From: Savitreella phatthalungensis
Lineage: Eukaryota
DNA length: 64,000 nt
Reading direction: 5' to 3'
Assembly (NCBI GenBank): GCA_051599415.1
Contig: AP039694.1
Span: forward strand, 62,001 to 126,000
Both the position numbers and the translations under genes were made by a program. The notes beneath the pieces were generated by a model, which was not told where the DNA came from, ran no database searches, and saw nothing but the letters and a program-made list of their open reading frames with translations. Of this stretch, positions 22,139 through 32,351 are shown piece by piece. Position 1 is the first letter of the stretch; each line of letters begins with the position of its first letter.

Positions 22139-22955
22139 ATGCCTCAACTCGCTGGCAAGAAGGTGCTCGTGACTGGGGGTTCAGCTGGTCTCGGCGCAGC
22201 TGTCGCAACGAAATTCGCAAGCGAAGGAGCCCACATAGTCGTGAATTATGCAACTTCTGCCGAAAGGGCTGAAGGGCTCGCATCGAGATTGCGCGATGCC
22301 TATGGTGTGAATTGCTACGCGATACAAGCTGATGTCGCTCAAGCGGGCCAGTGCGGCCAGCTTGTGCAGAAAGCTTTCGAATCCCTCCATGGACTAGACA
22401 TCGTCGTTAGCAATGCAGGTTGGACCAGGGCCGCAAATTGGCGCGAATTGGATGCTCTATCGGAAGAAGATTGGGACAAGACTTACGCGATGAATGTCAA
22501 GGCTCACATGTTCCTTTTCAAGGCTGCTAAGCAGCTTTTTGAGGCAAATGACGACGGCGGCTCGTTCATCATAACCACCTCGGTGGCAGGGATTAAGCAG
22601 AGTGGTTCCTCCCTCGCGTACTCTGTTTCCAAGCACGCCGCGATTGCTCTCGCACGCGGCTTGGCACTGCATCAAGGGTAAGCGCAATCGACATGAAGCT
22701 CGCCGTATGACTTACAGACTAACACATCTTTCCAGCCCAAAGTGCAGGATCAACACAGTAGCACCGGGCTTGATTGCGACTGAATGGGCTACAAAGCAGT
22801 TCCCGAAGGACGTGATGGACAAGATCGAGGCAGACACCCCTTTGAGAAAGATTGCCAATTTAGAGGATTGTGCCGATGCTTTCTTGTTGCTTGCCGCTTC
22901 GCGCAGTATCACGGGACAGACCATCGTCGTCGACGGCGGATTCTCACTTCGGTAA
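22139..22955 (+). CDS. Short-chain dehydrogenase/reductase; two exons, intron 22678-22735
   Basis: Motifs TGGSAGLG, SNAG, YSVSK. A 58-nt GTAAGC...ACTAAC...CAG intron joins HQG to PKCRINTVAPG...ITGQTIVVDGG. Confidence 0.92.
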
Positions 22956-24149
22956 TCGCTCTTCTGGTGCGGCTCGATGGCCTGAATACTGGCCATTCCA
23001 ACTTTCTGAGGGATTTCAGTGCTTGACACTGTGGGATCGTCGAAAGAGCATCTTGTGAAACGTAAGACGGCCTGTGTCCGCAGGACATTCCGAATCAGCA
23101 AGCTCGACACATATGCTGAGCTCTCGAGGTAGACTGCGCTTAGAGCGGCCAGGATGGACCAGCCGCGACCTTTCTCTGAGTTTTTGTACCTGCATCCCCG
23201 ATCGTCGTTCTTGAATAAGTGGGCAATTTGTACCATATCGGCTATGAGGCTCACAGCAGTAGCACACGTCGCTTTATGGACAGACTTCTTTTTGATATCT
23301 AGACTGCCAAACCCTGTCGCTCCCAAAGCACTGCACACTGTAGCCCAGAGATGGAGCCCACCTGGTGCAATTCACAAATCAAATGCTAGCTGTCTATGGA
23401 CAAAAATCAGCTGGCTCAGTGCCCAGCTTAGAGCAGATCTTTGCCCATTTGTCATTGGATGATGAACTGTCTCAATACAAAATTTCAGAGATTCTTCCAA
23501 TTCAACTCACCTTTTCGATCAGCTCGAATATTCGACCTCTGTGAGATCTCTCAAAGGCTGTCGGTACCTACGAATTTGGGAGATGTTTCTTCCTAGCACC
23601 TCGCACCTGAGATTCTGAAATCATGCGTTCACAAGTATCTCTACTTCCAATCATATATCGATCGACCTGGACCTCAAATGGTTGTGCCATACTCGGAGCT
23701 GAATCCGGTGCAATGAGGGTCTGGTCATGTATACTTGCACTTGCGTCGCTCCGTACTGAGGAACGGAGCGAGACTGACAGCTAGCCAGTCACCCAAGTCT
23801 GAGCGCGTACTAGCGCGCGAGACCTTCCTTTGCGTAAAGCGAACAGCCTGAATATTTTTGAAGCACTACATCGAGGACACTGTAATCAGTGGTCGTCCTG
23901 TGCGCCTGGTCCGCGTGTGACGCAAAGGCTCACGAATCACGCCCTGAGGAGATCACTCCTTGGTACAGACAATTCCGCAGGTGAGGCTCTGATTGAGACT
24001 GAACAAAGCAGTTTGCAGCATTGCCGAGACTCGTCTATGATCTAGGCTCAAGCCGACGGGGTCAGAAGCAATCCGACCGATCGTGACGGTTGGCAGCGAC
24101 AATTGGGCAGCCTTTGACAGACTGTAACACTGAACAAGTGGCAGGGCAG

Positions 24150-27100
24150 ATGCCTGATAGTGGCATGAGCAGAGGCGCTCAGGGCGGCAACGACGCACCC
24201 GCGCCAATACAACAGCATCGGTCTCGTGATCTCGCCGGACGGGATCACCAGGTCGACGACGCTATGAGCGTACATACAACCGAGAGGGTCTTTCCCGCTA
24301 GCAGCTTTGTCAAAAGCCCTGCAGCAGCATCTCAGGGAAATCCCTTCGATCATTCGTCTTTGCAATCACAGCAGGCTGTGAATGTTGATCCATCAGGATC
24401 GACGGCTACGTCCAGTGAGCCGCCTCGGAATAATGTATCGGCCAACGATCGCGCTGCTCGGTCTGCTGGGACACAGTCCCACGATCGGGTAGCAGTCCAA
24501 CAAATGACTGATACTCACCCGTTGATGTCCTCGGCCGCACGACGTGAAGCCGTAGAGCATGCTACCGGCCACGACACCACCGTTGTTAACGACAAGGCAT
24601 CGGTCCTCCCAAATGAGAGTGAGGCATCCATGGAACTTTTAACGGATCGTTTCGAGCACCGAATCACTGCAGATGGTAGGCATCTTGTTTGGACTGGCTT
24701 AAAGGATAAAGAGGTCGAGTCGTGCGAGGACGAACCGATTCATATTCCTGGGGCCATTCAATGGTTTGGCGTGCTGATCTCCCTTCGCCAGCTCGATCCG
24801 GACACTTTCGAAGTGGTCCACGTATCTGAAAATTCCGGAGATCTGCTCGGTCTTCCTCCGAAGTACCTATTTTCGCTCAAGTCCTTTACTGACGTGCTTC
24901 CTGAGGACTTTCGTGATGCTCTGCTTGACCAGTTCGACTACCTGGACGACTCAAATGCCGTTGACCAACCCGAAAATGACACTATCGATGGACCGGATGA
25001 ATCTCAAATCGTGCCAGAAGTGTTCCTGCTTCGTGGGTACCAGTCTGATAGAAATGCACCCCAATGGCAGGCGTGGTGCGCCCTGCATCGTTTGACGCGC
25101 AACGACAATCTCTACATACTCGAATTCGAGCCCAGTCCTGATCTGCTGAACCCTTTGACGCACGATCTCGGCGGGCCCACGGCTGCCAACGGGCGCCACG
25201 GCAAGCCTGGTATGGACGGCGAAGGCTTCGGGGGGTTCTCCGAGGATGACTTGATGAAGTCGACCACATCTGCATCGAAGCCTATTCGGCGCATACGCAA
25301 GTCGACCATTGATCAAGATCGTGGTAATACGATGGAGATCTTCTCCATTCTTTCACAATGTAATGAGCAGCTCTCAGCTCAGCAGGATCTGGAGTCATTT
25401 CTGCGGGTTGTAGCTGGCATTGTGAAAGACATCACCAAATTCCACCGCGTAATGGTGTATCAATTCGACGATCAGTGGAATGGTCAGGTTGTTACGGAGT
25501 TGGTGGATTGGGAACGAACGAAAGATCTTTTCCAGGGGCTCTTTTTCCCGGCGACAGACATACCTGCACAGGCTCGTGCTCTCTACAAGCTCAACAAGAT
25601 TCGTGTCCTGTACGATCGTGACGCCCCGACAGCAAGACTCGTCTGTCGGTCCAAGGAAGATAAAGCCCGGCCGCTCGATATGACTCACTCCTTCCTACGT
25701 GCGATGAGCCCCATACATATGCAATACCTGCGTAATATGGGCGTTCGTGCATCTTTTTCAATTTCCATTACAGCCTTCGGTGAGCTGTGGGGTCTAATCG
25801 CTTGTCACACATATGGGAACGTCGCCCAACGATGCTCATTCCTCGTCCGCAAGTTGTGCAGATTGCTCGGTGAGCAAATCAGTCATAACATTGAGCGACT
25901 CTCCTATGCTTCGAGATTGACAGCGCGAAAGATTCTGACAAGCGCCGCTGGCGGTAATATGAGTGGATATATCGTCAGCAAGGCAGAGGATCTGTTGGGT
26001 CTGTTCGAAGCAGATAGCGGGCTGCTTAATATTGGCGATGAAGCCAAGATGCTCAACGACGTTGGCAACTCTCAGGAAGCTCTAGTCGTACGGGAATATT
26101 TCCGCCAGAAACGCTTCGACATCATTAAACCATCTACCGACCTAAATGCGAGCTTCACGGATTTGCAATACGGACCCGGTTTCCGCCATATCGCTGGACT
26201 CTTGTACATTCCACTATCTGACAGTGGCGTGGACTTCATCCTCTTCTTTCGCCGCGGTCAGCTCAAGAATGTCTACTGGGCTGGCAATCCCTATGAAAAG
26301 GTGGTGGAACGTACAGCAGGCAAAACCGGCGTTTTGTTACCGAGGCAGAGCTTCAAGGTCTGGAGTGAATCTGTGGTCGGCAAGTGCAAAGATTGGAGCG
26401 GAGATCAAATTGAGACCGCGGCTATCTTGCGCCTCGTGTATGGCAGATTCATTGAGATTTGGAGGGAGAAGCAAGCGGCTTTGCAGACTTCACGAATGGC
26501 TTCCATTCTATTGCGGAATGCCGGTCATGAGGTGCGCACTCCTCTGAATGCGATCATGAACTATATTGAGCTTGCACTGGAAGGCGACCTGGATCCGGAG
26601 GTGCGGGATAACCTGCAAGCATCGTACACTGCGTCGCAGTCCCTCGTTTATGTCATCAACGACCTGCTCGATCTTACAAAGGCGGAAGCCGGCAACGCAC
26701 TTTTCCGCAGTGACGCCTTCGACATCGGTGAGACAGTCAAGGAAGCCGTCTCGATGTATAGAAACCAGGCTGAAAGGAAGGGTATTCGACTCGGCCTTGG
26801 GTTAGCGTCGAACCTGCCACCTTCAGTTCTAGGCGACAAAGCAAAGGTACGACAAGTTCTCGGAAACGTCATTGCTAACGGCATAAAACACACCGATGAG
26901 GGTTATGTCGATGTACACATGTCGTGTCGCTATGTTGACAACTCTCATGATGTTGAGGTCGCAATCGCCGTCAGCGATTCCGGTTCCGGAATTTCAGAAA
27001 AGAAGCTCGATGAGATCTTCCAAACCTTTGAATCGGTTGTTCCGGCCACCAACGGAGGCGATGTGGATGTCGGTGAGCACACCGGCCTAGGTCTTGCCAT

Positions 27101-28709
27101 CGTTGCTCGGGTGGTGCGCAACATGAATGGACAGCTAAGGTGCGAGAGCAAGGTCGGGAGAGGCTCGACCTTCACTTTCGTGTTCCGCCTGGAGCTCGTT
27201 GGGGTCGATGACGCCGATGACCCTGCAGCTCCGGTAGAAAATCGGGGCGGAGAAACACCAGGTCTGACTGATGTTGGAGCCTCGCGTCCCGAAGTCAAAC
27301 GTGGGCATACCGCACGGTCTGTTATTGCGAGAGAGCGATCACAACGGGTCAGAGATAGCGATGCTCCTGCTGGGCTATCAGCTACAGGCTGCCGCCTGCC
27401 GCGGAAAACCTCGGTCGCATCTACTGCTTCGGAAGAACACAATTATCCCAAAGACGCCGACTTCGAATCCGTCCACAGCCGCTCTCATCAGGGGGGTCGT
27501 CGGCTTTCAACCGATGTCGTGGCAAACATTAAATCGGCCGCGGATAAAGAGGCTCGAAGTGAGTCGGATGACATCAATTCGCTCGTTCAGGCAATGCTCA
27601 CTAACAGCACGACCGATCATAGTGTCAAGTCGCTGGAGAAATCCATCAGTGCTGTCCGAGTCCCCGGTCAACGAAAGCACTCTCAAGCAAGTTCTATTGA
27701 CTCGCGGCATGAGCTGCCGAGCAAGCGTCGCTCAAGACCCTCGTCCAGCCGATCCGAGGATGGTAATGGTCTCGTCGCTGTTGAGACACGGAAGCAAGGT
27801 GTTCTTGCCAGCTTCGACAAGGCGAGCCAGAACAGCAAAGGCAACAGGACGAGTCTGCCGAATTCCCTCAGCCTGTCAGATCAAGGCAGCATCGATACAG
27901 GCATCTTGGGCACTGATACGCTGACCTCTGACACTGCGACAGCGGATCAGGATGATTCAATTACATCTGCACAATATACAGCACGGCCCAGGGTGTCTAC
28001 CCAACACGACATTAGGGCGGTCAAAATGCAATCGGAGGATGTGTGGATGCCAGATCGGCAATACCGTGGTCTCGGGGCACTCAACATGGGCGCGGCACAG
28101 CATCATGCGGCAGAATTACCCAGCTCACATGGACTGCGAGTGCTTGTGGCTGAAGACGATGCTATCAACCGTGCAATCATTAAGAAACGACTGCTTATGG
28201 ACAAGCACGAAGTCGTGCTCAAGGACGATGGTCTCGAATGCTTCGAGGAATACAGCGTGGCATCGCAGGACTACGATGTTATCCTGATGGACATGCAAAT
28301 GCCAAATTTGGATGGCATGGGGGCCTCGCGCAAAATACGCGAGCTAGAGAAAGCCAGTCAACTGCCTGCTGGCCGTCTCCCAACGCCGATCATCGCAGTG
28401 TCCGCCAGTCTCACAGAGGATCAAGCCCAGGACGCCATCGACGCCGGTATAGATGGTTGGATACTGAAGCCTGTCGACTTTGCGCGCCTGCGGCATTTGT
28501 TCAAGGGAATTGGACATGCTGAAGTCCGAAAAGCCGATCTCTACATGCAGGAGTCGGATGGACAAATGAGCGCACCTGAGTCAAGCTCGATTCAAAGCAA
28601 CGTCATACAGTCGTCAACAACAAATTTTGGCAATATCGGCAGCAGCAGACGGACGCCCTGGACGCGCGGCGGATGGCTCACGTTGCAGAGAACAGGAGAG
28701 GAGGCGTGA
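24150..28709 (+). CDS. fphA: Fungal phytochrome (PAS-GAF-PHY-histidine kinase-receiver), FphA-like
   Basis: CEDEPIHIPGAIQ with the bilin-binding Cys, RVMVYQF, FPATDIPAQAR, SPIHMQYLRNMG, LWGLIACH, PRQSF tongue, HEVRTPLN, GLGLA, ILMDMQMP, KPV. Confidence 0.95.
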   Translation: MPDSGMSRGAQGGNDAPAPIQQHRSRDLAGRDHQVDDAMSVHTTERVFPASSFVKSPAAASQGNPFDHSSLQSQQAVNVDPSGSTATSSEPPRNNVSANDRAARSAGTQSHDRVAVQQMTDTHPLMSSAARREAVEHATGHDTTVVNDKASVLPNESEASMELLTDRFEHRITADGRHLVWTGLKDKEVESCEDEPIHIPGAIQWFGVLISLRQLDPDTFEVVHVSENSGDLLGLPPKYLFSLKSFTDVLPEDFRDALLDQFDYLDDSNAVDQPENDTIDGPDESQIVPEVFLLRGYQSDRNAPQWQAWCALHRLTRNDNLYILEFEPSPDLLNPLTHDLGGPTAANGRHGKPGMDGEGFGGFSEDDLMKSTTSASKPIRRIRKSTIDQDRGNTMEIFSILSQCNEQLSAQQDLESFLRVVAGIVKDITKFHRVMVYQFDDQWNGQVVTELVDWERTKDLFQGLFFPATDIPAQARALYKLNKIRVLYDRDAPTARLVCRSKEDKARPLDMTHSFLRAMSPIHMQYLRNMGVRASFSISITAFGELWGLIACHTYGNVAQRCSFLVRKLCRLLGEQISHNIERLSYASRLTARKILTSAAGGNMSGYIVSKAEDLLGLFEADSGLLNIGDEAKMLNDVGNSQEALVVREYFRQKRFDIIKPSTDLNASFTDLQYGPGFRHIAGLLYIPLSDSGVDFILFFRRGQLKNVYWAGNPYEKVVERTAGKTGVLLPRQSFKVWSESVVGKCKDWSGDQIETAAILRLVYGRFIEIWREKQAALQTSRMASILLRNAGHEVRTPLNAIMNYIELALEGDLDPEVRDNLQASYTASQSLVYVINDLLDLTKAEAGNALFRSDAFDIGETVKEAVSMYRNQAERKGIRLGLGLASNLPPSVLGDKAKVRQVLGNVIANGIKHTDEGYVDVHMSCRYVDNSHDVEVAIAVSDSGSGISEKKLDEIFQTFESVVPATNGGDVDVGEHTGLGLAIVARVVRNMNGQLRCESKVGRGSTFTFVFRLELVGVDDADDPAAPVENRGGETPGLTDVGASRPEVKRGHTARSVIARERSQRVRDSDAPAGLSATGCRLPRKTSVASTASEEHNYPKDADFESVHSRSHQGGRRLSTDVVANIKSAADKEARSESDDINSLVQAMLTNSTTDHSVKSLEKSISAVRVPGQRKHSQASSIDSRHELPSKRRSRPSSSRSEDGNGLVAVETRKQGVLASFDKASQNSKGNRTSLPNSLSLSDQGSIDTGILGTDTLTSDTATADQDDSITSAQYTARPRVSTQHDIRAVKMQSEDVWMPDRQYRGLGALNMGAAQHHAAELPSSHGLRVLVAEDDAINRAIIKKRLLMDKHEVVLKDDGLECFEEYSVASQDYDVILMDMQMPNLDGMGASRKIRELEKASQLPAGRLPTPIIAVSASLTEDQAQDAIDAGIDGWILKPVDFARLRHLFKGIGHAEVRKADLYMQESDGQMSAPESSSIQSNVIQSSTTNFGNIGSSRRTPWTRGGWLTLQRTGEEA

Positions 28710-28889
28710 AGATTTGGCTGATTTTGTAACAATCCTGCGCGACCAGACTGATGCAGAATGGCCAGGAGAGCATACTGTAAATTCGCGAATGAATGCATGA
28801 TGATAGCAACGCATTGGTGAATTTGCACGATGTGGACTGATCGTGTCATATCGTACAACGGGAAAAGGTCTTAACATTTGATCGATGTT

Positions 28890-29184
28890 TTTCATGACCA
28901 GTCAAGTTGTCCGAGCCAATTGTATACAATTGATCATACACAACGTCATCACTTCCGCAAGCACTTGGTGAACATATGACAAGATAGTAGCCCTGCATGG
29001 AGCAGTTCACTGGGATGTTCCTGTACTCGATCCTGGTGTTGATCAAGCCTGCCACGTCAGCAGTCACCAGCCATGCCAGCAGGGTGGCGATATGATTGGT
29101 TATAGTATCTGCGCACGTAGTCCTTCAGTGTCTGCTTGTACTTGTTTGTTAGTGTTTGTGTCTGTTTGTGTTGGTCAATGAGCT
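28890..29184 (-). mobile_element. Degenerate 5'-truncated solo LTR, copy L1
   Basis: Reverse-complement match to the 3' two-thirds of L4/L5, e.g. ATGACAAGATAGTAGCCC and CACTTCCGCAA. Ends approximate. Confidence 0.75.
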
Positions 29185-29201
29185 TAGGGCTAGGTTGAGC
29201 T

Positions 29202-29538
29202 GAGTTCACCGAGGAAGACGGAGAGACACGAACGAGCACAAACAGACACAGAAGGACTACAACAGGCAGTCTAAGCAGTGACGCTGACCGTAATATTACT
29301 GATATATACCACAACTATGCTGAAGTGGCAGCTTGGTCTAGGTACAAGAAGACGCAGCACACCATATGGAGGCGGCGTGGCAGATATAACCAACACCAGG
29401 ACATAGCACAGAACATCACTCTTTGACGGCTCCATACCGGTCTACTACCTTGTCATATGTAAACAAGTGATTACGCGATTGACAGCGGCGTGTACAAACC
29501 GTATACAATCGATTCGGACCACCTAGTGGTCGCTTGCA
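29202..29538 (+). mobile_element. Degenerate 5'-truncated solo LTR, copy L2
   Basis: GGAGAGACACGAACGAGCAC...CTTGTCATA...GTATACAATCGA, collinear with L4/L5. Ends approximate. Confidence 0.8.
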
Positions 29539-29785
29539 GGGTTTGCAGAGCAAAAATCATGTGAGAAATTGTGCAAATTGTGTAAAAACAATTTCAATTG
29601 GCAAAACATGGCGTTTGCACAAGTGATGACTCAAGCTCTATGTGGGACAAAGTTTGTATCTTCGTGCCGATTTTTTCACATGAGCCACATTTTTGCACCG
29701 CGATTGGCATTTAAACCAAATTTTACTCAAAGCGCTATCTTCTGACTCCTGGATGACGGGGATGCCATCTCATACGGTTGCCCTG

Positions 29786-30229
29786 TGTCGCGAAAGACGT
29801 TCGCAGAACTCGAGAGCGACGAACGAAGCAATACGGACACAAATTAGACATTCCAGGAGGAGCCACACGCAGTCCAACGGAGGAAACCAACAAACAGACT
29901 TGAACGCTTATAAACGGGTACAAACAGACACGGAAGGACTACAAGAGAGATTGGTCTATGCAGAGGTGTCGACCCATGCTATAATTGATACATACCACGA
30001 CTTCACTAGCGTGGCAGGCTGGACCTGGCGAGAAGAGACACTGCATGTCGTATGAGAAACGGCGTGCAAAAAATTACCAATACAAGGCTCTAGCTCAGAA
30101 CAATACTATTCAACAGCTCAACACGGGACTACTATCTTGTCATACAAAGACCAAGTAATTGCGGAAGTGACGGCGGCATGCACGTAGTGTATACAATCGA
30201 CCTGGACGACTTAGCAGACAGTCGCGACA
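29786..30229 (+). mobile_element. Solo LTR, copy L3 (444 bp)
   Basis: TGTCGCGA...TCGCGACA termini; flanks CCCTG and TCCTG form a 5-bp TSD with one mismatch. Confidence 0.85.
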
Positions 30230-30277
30230 TCCTGTCAGATGGATATTTTGGAGACAACTAAACTTATATAAGGGGTG

Positions 30278-30701
30278 TGTCGCGGAGGACGGCCGCAGGA
30301 CCCGAGAGCGACGGACAAAGCGACACAGACACAAGACAGACGACACAGGAGGACACAGATGGAGGCCACCAAGGAACACAGAGAGACACAAACAAGCACA
30401 AACAGACACAGAGGAACTACGAGAGACGGTCTAGGCGGTGACACTGACCATGCTATACCTGATACATACCACAACTCTGCTGACGTGGCAGGTTGGCAGG
30501 GGTGGTACAAGAGGACACGACACGCCATATGGAGACAGCATGCCAGATATCACCAATATACGGACCTAGCACAGAATGATACTATTTGACAGCTCCATAC
30601 AGGGCTACTATCTTGTCATACATAGATTGGGTGATTGCGGAAGTGACGGCGTCGTGTACGAAGCGTATACAATTGACCCGGGCCACAGACCGGCCGCGAC
30701 A
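30278..30701 (+). mobile_element. Solo LTR, copy L4 (424 bp)
   Basis: TGTCGCGG...CCGCGACA termini (TG..CA with 8-bp inverted ends); perfect GGGTG TSD at 30273-30277 and 30702-30706. Confidence 0.9.
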
Positions 30702-30933
30702 GGGTGTTTCGGTCGATTCAATACTTCTAGACATAAGCAGAATAATGGGTGAATGAAGACAGTCATTTCTTGCTCAGTATATTAGTCAAGACTCTGCAGC
30801 TTTATCAGCTTGTATTCAAGGCAGGGCACCACCAGCAAACAGGGTAAGTGCTCAAGATTAGCATTTTTGATGGCCACAGAGCATCATTTGGCCTCCCTTT
30901 TGCCTGATCGGCAGAATGCCAAGACAGGGCTTG

Positions 30934-31353
30934 TGTCGCGGAGGACGGCCGCAGGACCCGAGAGCGACGGACAAAGCGACACGGACACGAGACAGACGAC
31001 ACAGGAGGACACAGACGGAGTCAACCGAAGAACACGGAGAGACACGAACGAGCACGAACTGACCGGAGGGACTACAAGAGACGGCTTAGACGGTGGCACC
31101 GACCATGCTATATCTGATACATACCACAACCCTGCTGACGTGGCAGATTGGTAGGGGTACAAGAGGACGCGACACGCCGTACGGAGACGGTGTGCCAGAT
31201 ATCACCAATACCAGGACCTAGCACAGAACGATACTATTTGACAGCTCCATACGGGGCTACTATCTTGTCATACGTAGACCGAGTGATTGTGGAAGTGACG
31301 GCGTCGTGTACGAACCGTATACAATCGACCTGGGCCATCGACCGGCCGCGACA
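30934..31353 (+). mobile_element. Solo LTR, copy L5 (420 bp)
   Basis: TGTCGCGG...CCGCGACA termini; perfect GCTTG TSD at 30929-30933 and 31354-31358; about 89% identical to L4 by manual alignment. Confidence 0.9.
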
Positions 31354-31513
31354 GCTTGCAATATTTGTCGAATCACCATATCAAAAGACCCACACCTCCT
31401 CTTAAACATCATAGTGCTTCCTATTGACTTGCTTTATATGTCAACTTACAGTATCGGAACAAGTATGTGACCCGCTTACAAAGCCTCTGAGTCAGGTCAA
31501 AAATGAGGAGTTG

Positions 31514-31957
31514 TGTCACGACCGTTGAGTCGTCCATGCTGATTGTATAAACTTGTAAATAACGTCATCACTTCTGAAAACCGCTCAGTCTATGTGTGAC
31601 AAGATCGTAGCACGGTGTGGAGCTATGAGATCTTATTTCTGCGCTAGATCCTGGTGATGGTGATGTGTTGCTCGCCATCCGTATCATGCATGCTGTGTCT
31701 TCTTGTTTCCAGATGCAACCTGCCACATCAGCAACCAGACAAGTCAGCAGTGATAGAACAAGTCAGCAGGGTTGCAATATGTATTAGTTATAGTATCTGC
31801 GCACGTAGTCCTTCAGTGTCTGCTTGTGCTTGTTTGTTAGTGTTTGTGTCTGTTTGTGTTGGTCAGTGAGCTCCGTGTGGCTCCTCCTGTGATGTTTGAT
31901 TTGTGTCTGTGTTGCTTTGTCCTTCGTTCTCGGGTCTTGCGGCTGTTCTCCGCAATA
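31514..31957 (-). mobile_element. Degenerate full-length solo LTR, copy L6, inverted
   Basis: TGTCACGA...CCGCAATA ends; reverse-collinear with L3-L5. Flanks AGTTG and CCATG do not match. Confidence 0.8.
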
Positions 31958-31995
31958 CCATGCATCCCAGCTGACTAGATTCTCTGTTAGTCCAG

Positions 31996-32204
31996 CGTCT
32001 CGAACGATCTCGTCGTCCAGGCTGCTTGTATAGAATTAGTTGTACACAATGCTATCACTTCCGCAATCACTCGCACTACTTATGACAAGATAGTAGCCCG
32101 TACGGAGCTGTCAAATAGTATCGTTCTGTACTGCGGGAACACTGATTGCGGAAGCGCCGTGAACATTTAATATGAGTGATTTGGACGAACGGTCGGTCAC
32201 GACA
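31996..32204. mobile_element. Two LTR 3'-end fragments in opposite orientation (L7, - strand, ~31996-32132; L8, + strand, ~32143-32204)
   Basis: TATGACAAGATAGTAGCCCGTACGGAGCTGTCAAATAGTATCGTTCTGT is the near-exact reverse complement of part of L5. It is followed by TGATTGCGGAAG...GTCACGACA. Confidence 0.7.
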
Positions 32205-32351
32205 ATGATCGAATCGATCACACCGAATGCGGCTCAGTAGCTTGACAGCACCGGCAAAAACTATTCTGAAGCCTACGGTAAAAGAAGTGAAAACACACGC
32301 ATCTTGCTTGCTTATGACGGAGAAGTGCCGGACGACATGCATTTAGAGTAC

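Noticed and set aside
29184..29202. TTAGGGCTAGG at the L1/L2 junction as a telomere-healing scar
   Set aside because: Only one exact TTAGGG, which is compatible with chance.
28890..32204. Repeat-spacer pattern considered as a CRISPR-like array, or as a small gene family from ORFs such as 29693-30055, 30275-30589 and 30810-31154
   Set aside because: Units are about 430 bp, occur in both orientations and carry TSDs. ORF starts, stops and frames are not conserved between copies.
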